Shown here: positions 1-7,428 of the stretch, in pieces | Numbering within the stretch: the stretch's first letter is position 1 | How the letters are laid out: every line of letters begins with the position of its first letter | From: Methanobacteriota archaeon | GTDB taxonomy: Archaea; Thermoplasmatota; DTKX01; VGTL01 | NCBI GenBank assembly: GCA_016874675.1 | Contig: VGTL01000004.1 | Span: 4,949 to 68,948 of the forward strand | Reading direction: 5' to 3' | Length of the DNA: 64,000 nt | Translations under genes and position numbers: made by a program | Notes under the pieces: model-generated | What the model was told of the DNA's origin: nothing | Databases searched by the model: none | What the model saw: the letters and a program-made list of their open reading frames with translations, nothing else

Positions 1-1
1 C

Positions 2-559
2 GTGTACTCGACCATACACGCCGACTCGGTGCGCTCGATGGTGCACAGGCTGGAGAACCCGCCAATTGAGCTCCCGCGCCTTCTTCTGTCGTCGCTCAAC
101 CTCGTGCTCCTCCAGGGGCAGGTGAAGGTCGGGCGCCAGATGACCCGGCGGGTGAAGGGCCTCATAGAGATCGTGGGCATTGAGCCCGAGACCAACGAGC
201 TCATCACGAACACGGTCTTCTCCTGGAGCCCGGCGACCGACGTCTTCACCTACAACGGCCACTCCTTCCTCTTCGAAAAGATCATGTCGGCCAAGAACCT
301 GACCAACGACCAGATGAAGGAAGAGTACCAGAAACGCATCGACGTGCTCAACTACATGGTCAAGACCAACGTGAAAAACCACACGGAGTTCGCCAAGGTC
401 ATAACGGGCTACTACCGCGACCCGGAGAAGGTCATCAACAACGCCCGCCAGGTCCTCTACGGGACCCAGATACCGGCCCCGGCCGAGCCCCTGATACAGG
501 GAGCGGGAGGCGCGGGCGGTCCCCCGCCGCCCAGGATAGTGCAGCCGCCAGCGATCTGA
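2..559 (+). CDS. Type II/IV secretion (TadA/FlaI/VirB11-like) ATPase, C-terminal part; truncated by window edge
   Basis: STIHADSVRSMVHRLENPPI and EIVGIEPETNELITNTVFSW motifs typical of archaeal pilus/archaellum ATPases; Pro-rich tail. Confidence 0.85.
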   Translation: MYSTIHADSVRSMVHRLENPPIELPRLLLSSLNLVLLQGQVKVGRQMTRRVKGLIEIVGIEPETNELITNTVFSWSPATDVFTYNGHSFLFEKIMSAKNLTNDQMKEEYQKRIDVLNYMVKTNVKNHTEFAKVITGYYRDPEKVINNARQVLYGTQIPAPAEPLIQGAGGAGGPPPPRIVQPPAI

Positions 560-575
560 CGACGACGCTGCGCGG

Positions 576-735
576 TCGGTTCGGGGGACGTGTTGTTGCG
601 ATTGGTTCGGGGGACGTATTTTCATAATTGGTGAGGGGTGACGACGACGGGGATGTTGGGACCATGGTTCTTTCCCGTCCCCCGAACCGATATCGCCAAC
701 ACGTCCCCCGAACCGATATGACCAACACGTCCCCC
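576..735. repeat. Inverted array of ~26-bp units (GGTTCGGGGGACGTGTTG... / ...CAACACGTCCCCCGAACC)
   Basis: Two units at 578-617 and about 2.3 reverse-complement units at 676-735, around a unique centre. Confidence 0.85.
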
Positions 736-743
736 TGACCAGT

Positions 744-780
744 AAAAAAAAAGCGGCGCGCCGGCCGGCCGGCGCGCCGC
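744..780 (-). terminator. Perfect 28-bp GC palindrome followed by T9 on the minus strand
   Basis: 753-780 GCGGCGCGCCGGCCGGCCGGCGCGCCGC is its own reverse complement; A9 at 744-752. Confidence 0.6.
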
Positions 781-860
781 TGGACATTGCGTTTTCTCAC
801 TTCTTCTTGCCCATCCGTTTCTCCCTCCGCCACGTCCATGGCTGTACAGAAAGATATAGA

Positions 861-918
861 TTGCTACGAAACGTACATATCGTACTTGTTACGAGACAAA
901 AGTATGAAATAGTAGCAA
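861..918. promoter_or_regulatory. Putative operator repeats upstream of the RHH gene
   Basis: TTGCTACGAAAC (861) and TTGTTACGAGAC (886) direct repeat; GTAGCAA (912) is the inverted copy of TTGCTAC; AT-rich region. Confidence 0.45.
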
Positions 919-934
919 AAACCTAGACAATGCC

Positions 935-1126
935 GTGACGAAGAAGGCACCCCAGGCGCAGTTCAACATCCGGTTGGACGCCGAGCTGTACCGGAAGTAC
1001 CGGGCCTACTGCGCGGACAACGGCCTCGACCCGGTCCTGCAGATAATAAACTACATCCAGCGCCTGGTCCGGACGCAGTTCAACGTCCAAGAGAAGCTCT
1101 GGGAGGTCATGCGCAAGGAGGACTAG
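935..1126 (+). CDS. Ribbon-helix-helix (Arc/CopG-like) DNA-binding protein
   Basis: 63 aa; QFNIRLDAELYRKYRAYC beta-strand plus helix pattern; GTG start. Confidence 0.7.
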   Translation: MTKKAPQAQFNIRLDAELYRKYRAYCADNGLDPVLQIINYIQRLVRTQFNVQEKLWEVMRKED

Positions 1127-2193
1127 CCCAGCACGGCCTCGAAGCGCCGGCGCAGGGAGGCTTCCGTCGCCGGCTCGAGCGCCCCGGGCGCCGCGGAGGC
1201 GATCACGACCCCGCCGCACTCCGCCGCCGCGTCCACGGCCCCTTTTGCGAACCGGACGAGCCGGGCGGCGTCCCCGTAGGGCCGCAATCCGTCCAGCCCG
1301 TCAAGGAGGACCAGCGCCCCCGGTCCCGCCCTCAGGTGGCGCAGGACGGCCCTCAGGCCCTCGACCGCGTACCCCTGTGGCCGCAGGACACCGGCACCGC
1401 CGGAGCTCTCGCTGAGCCAGAGGATCTCCGAATTGGAGAAATCGAACGCCTCCTTTATCCTCCGCGGCGGGTGCGGGGTCAGGAAGAGCGTCCGGCGGCC
1501 CCGGGCGCCGGCCTCCATGAGCCGGTAGGCGGCATCGCCGGCCCCGCGTATCAGGACCGAGGGGCGGCCCCCCGGGATGACGCCGGGCAATCTCTCGGGG
1601 GCCCGGGGCCCCTCCACGGGCCGGACGGTGTCGAATACGGACATGAGGGCTGCCCGCTCCCGGTCGGAGAGCGCCCCGGGCTCGGCCGACGCCAGGAAGG
1701 TCCCCCGCAGCTCGGCGGCCGAGTCGGCCACCCTCTTGACGAAGCGGAGCACCGTCCCGAAGCCGCACTGCGATGAGAGGTAGTCGAGATCGTCGAGCAG
1801 GAGGATGGCGCCCTTCTGGACCCTCAGGTGGCGGTTGACGCGCCCGAGCATCTCGTACTCCAGCGTCTGGGGCGCGAGCGTCTCCTCCTTCGAGCCGGCG
1901 TAGGCCGAAAGCCAGACGAGGGCGGCTTCGTCGAGGCCGAAGCGCAGCCGAAGCCGCGCCGGGTGGGCGCCGCTGAGCACCAGCGCCGGCCTCCCCCCGG
2001 AGAGCATCCGGAAGAGCCTCCAGGGCTCGTCCGAGGCCGGGCCCAGGAAGAGGGCGGAGCGGCCGGGGATGCCGAGCTCCTCCGGGGCGGGGCCGTCCGG
2101 CGCCCTTTCAGGCGGGGCCGGAGGGGCGACCACCTTGGGGGGCCGGGAAGGGCTCGCCCTGGAGGGCATGGCCGGGAAGAGCTCCTTTGGCAT
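1123..2193 (-). CDS. Tandem DUF835-domain protein
   Basis: Two copies of the L(V/F)L(S/T)xxHP...WLS...(I/V)LLDxL(D)xL...F(V/A)K pattern. Confidence 0.75.
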   Translation of the reverse strand: MPKELFPAMPSRASPSRPPKVVAPPAPPERAPDGPAPEELGIPGRSALFLGPASDEPWRLFRMLSGGRPALVLSGAHPARLRLRFGLDEAALVWLSAYAGSKEETLAPQTLEYEMLGRVNRHLRVQKGAILLLDDLDYLSSQCGFGTVLRFVKRVADSAAELRGTFLASAEPGALSDRERAALMSVFDTVRPVEGPRAPERLPGVIPGGRPSVLIRGAGDAAYRLMEAGARGRRTLFLTPHPPRRIKEAFDFSNSEILWLSESSGGAGVLRPQGYAVEGLRAVLRHLRAGPGALVLLDGLDGLRPYGDAARLVRFAKGAVDAAAECGGVVIASAAPGALEPATEASLRRRFEAVLG

Positions 2194-2248
2194 CCGGTGC
2201 GGAAAAGCAGGTTCCGACTATTTCATGCTAACGACGGGGCTTTCAACG

Positions 2249-2395
2249 ACCGGGTGCCGGGTGCCGGGTGCCGGGTGGCGGGTGCCGGGTTCCGAGAGGT
2301 TACGGCCATTTCCCGGCCCCCGGCCCCCGACCCCCGGATTCGTCCCTGCCCCCGGCCCCCGGCCCCCGGATTCGTCCCTGCCCCCGGCCCCCGGC
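2249..2395. repeat. Family B palindromic heptamer element, (CCGGGTG)n...(CCCGGCC)n, with two CCGGATTCGTCCC cores
   Basis: Cores at 2334-2346 and 2366-2378 (32-bp period). Confidence 0.85.
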
Positions 2396-2449
2396 TTTCA
2401 CCAACCTCCCCAAAGGGCTTAAGTAGGCCCGCACGCGCTATCAATACCG

Positions 2450-3232
2450 ATGCTCCGCCGCTCCTTCGTCCTTCTTCGCGGCGTCGGCCGCCGGACCGAG
2501 AGGCACCTGCGCTCGCTCGGGGTCGTCGACTGGAAGGGGTTTCTGGCCGCGCCCCAGATAGCAGGCATCGGCAAGGCGCGCAAGGCGGCCCTGGACGCGC
2601 ACCTCAGGGCCCTGGACAGGTGCCTCGAGCGCGGCAACGCCGCCACCCTGGCACAAGCCCTTCCCCCCTCCGAGAAGTGGCGCCTGTACCCCGACTTCCG
2701 CGACCGGGCCGCCTTCCTCGATATTGAGACCACCGGCCTGGACCTTCCGGCCACCGTCACCGTCGTCGGCATCACGGTCGGGCGCGACCACACGCCCCTC
2801 GTGCGCGGCGTGAATCTTTCCAAGGCCGCCATAGAGCGCGCCCTGCGCCCGGCCAGGATCATCGTCACCTTCAACGGGAGCTCCTTCGACCTGCCCGCCC
2901 TGCGCATGGCGTTCCCCGGCCTCGAACTGGACCTGCCCCACATCGATTTGCGGCATCTTGCGCCCCGTGCCGGCATCCGGGGCGGGCTCAAGAAGGTGGA
3001 GCGCATCCTCGGGATCCGGCGGGCCAGGGAGGTCCGGATGCTCTGCTCCCACGACGCCGTGTACCTTTGGCGCATCTGGGAGCGCAAGCGGTCCGGCAAC
3101 GCCCTGCGCCTGCTCATCGACTACAACCGGGCCGACGTCGAGAACCTGCGGGCGGTGGCCGACGCGGTCGTGGACATAATGGCGAGGAAGAACGGATACC
3201 AAGAGGTGATTTCAGATGAAGGAAAATGCTAA
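2450..3232 (+). CDS. YprB-like RNase H-fold (DEDD) exonuclease domain protein
   Basis: AFLDIETTGL, TFNGSSFDLP, HIDL, GLKKVE, YNRADV motifs; N-terminal GVG..TE helix-hairpin-like segment. Confidence 0.8.
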   Translation: MLRRSFVLLRGVGRRTERHLRSLGVVDWKGFLAAPQIAGIGKARKAALDAHLRALDRCLERGNAATLAQALPPSEKWRLYPDFRDRAAFLDIETTGLDLPATVTVVGITVGRDHTPLVRGVNLSKAAIERALRPARIIVTFNGSSFDLPALRMAFPGLELDLPHIDLRHLAPRAGIRGGLKKVERILGIRRAREVRMLCSHDAVYLWRIWERKRSGNALRLLIDYNRADVENLRAVADAVVDIMARKNGYQEVISDEGKC

Positions 3233-3494
3233 CATTTATTTAATGCATACGTGCTATATAGCACCGTTGAAGAAAACCGAACCGAGCCCGGACCTGGACA
3301 CTCTGAACAGGGACCACGAGTGGCATTGCAACATGGACCTGGCCCCCTTCGCCGGCCAGTGGATAGCGGTGCTGGAGAAAAAGATCCTGGCCTCCGACAT
3401 GGACATCGAGGCCCTGATGAAGAAGCTCGAGACCCTGAAGCTCGCCCGGAAACCGCTCTTTTTCAAGGTGCCCGGTCATCCCATCGTGGGGTGA
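3216..3494 (+). CDS. DUF5678-like small protein
   Basis: FAGQWIAVLEKKILASD...PLFFKVP motif; true start may lie further downstream. Confidence 0.6.
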   Translation: MKENANIYLMHTCYIAPLKKTEPSPDLDTLNRDHEWHCNMDLAPFAGQWIAVLEKKILASDMDIEALMKKLETLKLARKPLFFKVPGHPIVG

Positions 3495-3500
3495 GGGCCT

Positions 3501-3630
3501 ATGCGTTCATATGCAGTCTCATTTGCCAAACTCAGTGCTCACCACGGGGCGATTCGAAGGTACCCGATGTTGCCAGTATCACTGACTGTCGCAGGGGCGG
3601 AAATGAATGTGAGCATGCTTCAGACCAATC
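3501..3630 (+). pseudogene. Probable truncated remnant of a retroviral-type aspartyl protease partner gene
   Basis: YPMLPVSLTV..EMNVSML resembles the N-terminus of such partners, but no D(T/S)G motif follows; lower GC. Confidence 0.3.
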
Positions 3631-3697
3631 GACCCTTTTGCCGGCTCCCCGATTGGCCCCCAAGCTTGCTGGCTTTTCCCGCGCCCGGCCCCCGGAT

Positions 3698-4858
3698 TCA
3701 TCCCCGCGCGAAGTTCCTGGCGAGCTTCTGCACGGCCTTCCTCGTCGCGTCCCGCGCCCCCCGCTTGTAGACCTCGGCGAAGAGCGCCCCCACCTGGGCC
3801 ATGTCGTCCTCGCGCATGCCCCGGTGCGTCACCTCTCCGGTCCCCAGCCGGCCTCCCGCGTCGCAGAAAATCCCCGCCTTCTCCATGCGCCGGCAGAGCT
3901 CGGCGGCCCGGCCCTCCTTGACGTCGAGGAGCACCTGGTGGGATTCGGTGTAGCCGCGGTCTGCGAAGCGGACCGGGACGCCCTCCTCCTCCAGCGCCCG
4001 GGCCAGGGCCTTGGCGTTCTTTATGACCTGCGTGCCAAAGCCGCGGTCCCGCTCCAGCTCCTCCAGCGCGATCCCGAGCGCCGCGATGCGGTTCACGTGC
4101 GGGTTGTCCACGAGGCCTATCCCGCTCTCCACGTCGACGTCGAGGAAGGAGCGCATCCTCTCGTCGAGCTCCTTCGAGTTGGTCAGTATGAGCCCGCCCT
4201 GCGGCCCGTAGAGCGACTTGTGGGTGCTGCCCAGGAGCACATCGGCGCCCTCGCGCAGCGGGTCCTGGAACTCGCCCGTGGCGATGAGGCCCAGCACGTG
4301 GGCGCCGTCGTAAACGACCTTCGTGGGGAGGTTTTCGGCGCGCACGTGGTCCGCCACGGCCCTCACGGGGTGGGGGAAGAATATGAACGACGAGCCCAGG
4401 AAGGCGAGGGCGGGCCTCTCCCCGGAGAGCACCGATCTGGCCTTCTCGGCGTCGGGGACGTACGTGGCCCCGTCGACGGGCAGAAAGACCCTCTCCCGGT
4501 GGAACTTGGAGATGCCGAACGGGAACCCGCCGTGCGTGAAGGGCGGGATGGCGACCCTGTCGCCGGGCTTCGTGAAAGCATGGAGCACCGTGAGGTCGCA
4601 GGTGAGCCCCGAAAGGGGCGTCACGAGCGCATAGCGCGACCTAAAGACGCGCCGGGCCGCCTTTTCCGTCTCCTCGATTATCCGGAGGATGTGCTCGGTG
4701 CCGCCGTACCAGGTGGAGTGGTACCGTCCCGCAAGGTCGGTCGCCAGCGCCTGGCGCACCGCCGGGGAGAGCCAGTTCTCGGAGGGGATGAGGTTGAGGC
4801 CCTCCGACCGCAGCTTCTCGTGCCTGGCCACCAGTTCGGAAATGACCGACCCGACCAT
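3698..4858 (-). CDS. glyA: Serine hydroxymethyltransferase-family PLP enzyme (divergent)
   Basis: LNLIPSEN, YDGAHVLGLIA, STHKSLYGPQGG (PLP Lys), SHQVLLD, RLGTGEVT. Confidence 0.75.
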   Translation of the reverse strand: MVGSVISELVARHEKLRSEGLNLIPSENWLSPAVRQALATDLAGRYHSTWYGGTEHILRIIEETEKAARRVFRSRYALVTPLSGLTCDLTVLHAFTKPGDRVAIPPFTHGGFPFGISKFHRERVFLPVDGATYVPDAEKARSVLSGERPALAFLGSSFIFFPHPVRAVADHVRAENLPTKVVYDGAHVLGLIATGEFQDPLREGADVLLGSTHKSLYGPQGGLILTNSKELDERMRSFLDVDVESGIGLVDNPHVNRIAALGIALEELERDRGFGTQVIKNAKALARALEEEGVPVRFADRGYTESHQVLLDVKEGRAAELCRRMEKAGIFCDAGGRLGTGEVTHRGMREDDMAQVGALFAEVYKRGARDATRKAVQKLARNFARG

Positions 4859-4866
4859 CCCATCAC

Positions 4867-5391
4867 CTACTCTATGAGGACGAGGCTGTACCAGTTCTGG
4901 GTCTCATTTTCGTTCTTGAGCGTGGAGATTGGCAGGTCCTGGCGCCTCGCCGTGGCGTAGACGTCGATGCCCAGGGCCTGCATCGCCGGGCGGGCCTGCT
5001 TCGGAAGCCGGCAGGGCTCAGGGTGGGCGCACTGGTCGCAAAGCGAGCAGTCGCTCAGGCTGAACGCGAAGTAGTGGCCGTCGACGAACGCCTGGCGCTC
5101 CAAGGCATAGGATATCTTCTGGGAGCTCTTCTTGTCGGGGCAATGGACGAGGACGGCGCTCTTGTACCGCTTGAGGATGTTTTTGAAGTCCCACGGCTTG
5201 ATGGCGCCCGGGGCGGAGGGGCAGGTCCAGTTTCGGCCCCAGTCCTTGCAGCCGTACATGCACTTGAGGTAGGTGCGCGGGTCCAAGACCACCTCGGAGG
5301 CCCTGATGGCCACGGCGGAGGCGGCCCCCATCTCCAGCGCCATCGCCACGTAACGGCCGGCCTTCCCGCCGGCCTTCCTGCTCCCGGCCAT
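4867..5391 (-). CDS. DUF2284 Cys-rich metal-binding protein
   Basis: KCMYGCKDWGRNWTCP, CSLCDQC, CRLPKQARPAMQALGIDV; start set at the second ATG. Confidence 0.8.
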   Translation of the reverse strand: MAGSRKAGGKAGRYVAMALEMGAASAVAIRASEVVLDPRTYLKCMYGCKDWGRNWTCPSAPGAIKPWDFKNILKRYKSAVLVHCPDKKSSQKISYALERQAFVDGHYFAFSLSDCSLCDQCAHPEPCRLPKQARPAMQALGIDVYATARRQDLPISTLKNENETQNWYSLVLIE

Positions 5392-5478
5392 GCGGGAGGG
5401 ATGGCGGTCTTTGAATAAAAGCAATGTGGAGCCCCCGGGTTCTTATATCCCTTTCAGGAAATTCAACCCTTCTAATTC

Positions 5479-5594
5479 AAGGCGCAAGGCGCAGGGCGCA
5501 CGGCGCAAGGCCAAAGGCTCGAGGGATGAGGCGCAAGGAACAAGGGAGGAATCCACGGTCGTTGCCTTGCTCCTTCCGCCCTGCGCCCTGCGCC
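5479..5594. repeat. Family A palindromic heptamer element, (GGCGCAA/G)n...(C/TTGCGCC)n
   Basis: Tandem heptamers with an inverted right arm, between divergent genes. Confidence 0.8.
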
Positions 5595-5655
5595 TTTTTT
5601 CAACATTCGGAAAAAAACCATTAAATGCCCCCAGGCCAATCTTGCGCCGAGGGCC

Positions 5656-6216
5656 ATGGACGCCATCGGGACCCTGAGGCGCTCCCTGGAGCGCTCCGAC
5701 GTCATCCGGGTGGGCCGGTACCACTACTTCGTCCACCCGGTCTCCGACGGCATACCCTCCCTGGAGCCGGCCCTCCTCGAGGGCCTGGCGGCCGAGATGG
5801 CCTCCAGGGTGGACGGGAGCTTCGACCGGGTGCTGACCGTGGAGGCGCTGGGCATCCCCATAGCCACGGCGCTCTCGCTCCGCCTGGGCAAGCCCCTGAC
5901 CGTCGTGCGCAAGAAGAGGTACGGCCTGCCCGGCGAGGTGGCCGCGCCCTGCTCGACCGGGTATGCCACCTTCACTCTCTACCTCAACGGGGTCGGCCGG
6001 GGCCAAAGGCTTCTCTTCGTCGACGACGTGCTCAGCACCGGCGGGACGCTGCGCGCGGTGGCCCGGGCGGTGAGGGAGGCCGGGGCGACGCTCAGTGACG
6101 CCCTCGTGGTCATCGAGAAGGGCCGCTCGCGCGAGGGCCTGGAGCGCGAGCTGGGCATGCCGGTCAAGTCCCTCGTCAGGGTGGACATAACGAAAGGCAA
6201 GGTGGTGGCAAGATGA
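5656..6216 (+). CDS. hpt: Purine phosphoribosyltransferase (archaeal HGPRT/APRT type)
   Basis: YHYFVHPVSDGIP, VEALGIP, VRKKRYG, FVDDVLSTGGT PRPP-binding motif. Confidence 0.85.
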   Translation: MDAIGTLRRSLERSDVIRVGRYHYFVHPVSDGIPSLEPALLEGLAAEMASRVDGSFDRVLTVEALGIPIATALSLRLGKPLTVVRKKRYGLPGEVAAPCSTGYATFTLYLNGVGRGQRLLFVDDVLSTGGTLRAVARAVREAGATLSDALVVIEKGRSREGLERELGMPVKSLVRVDITKGKVVAR

Positions 6217-7220
6217 CGCTCTCGTTCCTGGATTCGCTGCAGCCGGACCTCGATTCTGCCTGCGAGGCGATAAACTCGCGCCACGCAAAGCTCGTGGGCG
6301 CCCAGCTGCCCGACGGCCTGCGCTCCCACTTCCGGGAGCTCGCCCGGTACATCGAGGCCCGGACCGGGGCGACCGTGGCGATGATGGTGGACATGTGCTG
6401 CGGCGCCTGCATGGCCGAGCACAATCCGGAGTTCGAGCTGATATTGCATATCGCGCACGCCGAGCTGCGGTCGACCGGCGGCGCCCCGATGAAGCACTCG
6501 CGCGTCCTGTTCATCCGGCACCAGCCCGGCCTGGAGGTCGAGGAGAGCGTGAAGGAGGCCATCCCCATGCTGACGGCTCCCGCGGGCGTGCTGACCACCT
6601 CCACCCACGCCGACAGGCTGCCCGGGGTGCTCCGGCTCCTGAAGGAGGCGGGGCTGGAGCCCCAGACGGCCACCGGCAAGCGCACCGGCGGCCGCGGCAT
6701 CATACTGGGCTGCGACTTCAGCGCGGCGCGCAAGCTGGCAAAGAAGGTCAACTCGTTCCTCTTCATCGGGAGCGGCGCCTTCCACCCCGTCGGGGCCGGG
6801 ATCGCCACCGGGAAGCCCGTGATAGGAGCCGACCCGTACACCGGGCAGGCCCTGGTCTACACCGACATCAAGGACCGGATGCTGCGCAAGCGCTTCGCCG
6901 CGATGGAGCTTGCCAAGAACGCCCGCATCTTCGGCATACTGCTGGGGCTCTACCCGGGCCAGCTCCGCCGGCGAAAGGCCTTGGAGCTCAAGCGGCTGCT
7001 CGAGCACGAGGGCCGGGAGGCCTACATCCTGGCGGCCCGGCGCTTCGACCCGGAGAACCTCTCCCACATAGGCATGGACGCGCTCGTGAGCACCGCCTGC
7101 AGCCGCATCGCCATAGACGACGACGCCCGCTACCCCATCCCGCTGCTCACCCCGCCCGAGCTCGACATCGTCCTGGGCAAGCGGGACTGGAACGATTACG
7201 TCCTTGACGAGTTAGGTTGA
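6213..7220 (+). CDS. dph2: Diphthamide biosynthesis enzyme Dph2
   Basis: QLPDGL, GAC, ILGC, FIGSGAFHP, TACSRIAIDD, LLTPPE; three Fe-S Cys present. Confidence 0.9.
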   Translation: MTLSFLDSLQPDLDSACEAINSRHAKLVGAQLPDGLRSHFRELARYIEARTGATVAMMVDMCCGACMAEHNPEFELILHIAHAELRSTGGAPMKHSRVLFIRHQPGLEVEESVKEAIPMLTAPAGVLTTSTHADRLPGVLRLLKEAGLEPQTATGKRTGGRGIILGCDFSAARKLAKKVNSFLFIGSGAFHPVGAGIATGKPVIGADPYTGQALVYTDIKDRMLRKRFAAMELAKNARIFGILLGLYPGQLRRRKALELKRLLEHEGREAYILAARRFDPENLSHIGMDALVSTACSRIAIDDDARYPIPLLTPPELDIVLGKRDWNDYVLDELG

Positions 7221-7224
7221 AGGG

Positions 7225-7420
7225 AAGGCGCAGGGCGCAGGGCGCGAGGCGCAAGGGAAGGTACAGGGCGCAGGGCAGAGGGCGCAAGGGAATGCACAAG
7301 GGCCACGGCACAAGGGGCAGGGGTTTTTCGGGGAACGTACCCCATCAACAATCCCCCTCGATTCTTGCGCCTTCCCCCTTGCGCCTCAAGCCTTGCGCCC
7401 TGCGCCCTGCGCCTTGCCCC
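7225..7420. repeat. Family A palindromic heptamer element
   Basis: GGCGCAG/A arm, unique centre, TTGCGCC arm; between convergent genes. Confidence 0.85.
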
Positions 7421-7428
7421 TTCTCCCT

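Noticed and set aside
576-735. Possible mini CRISPR array
   Set aside because: Units abut without unique spacers, occur in inverted orientation, and no cas genes are present.
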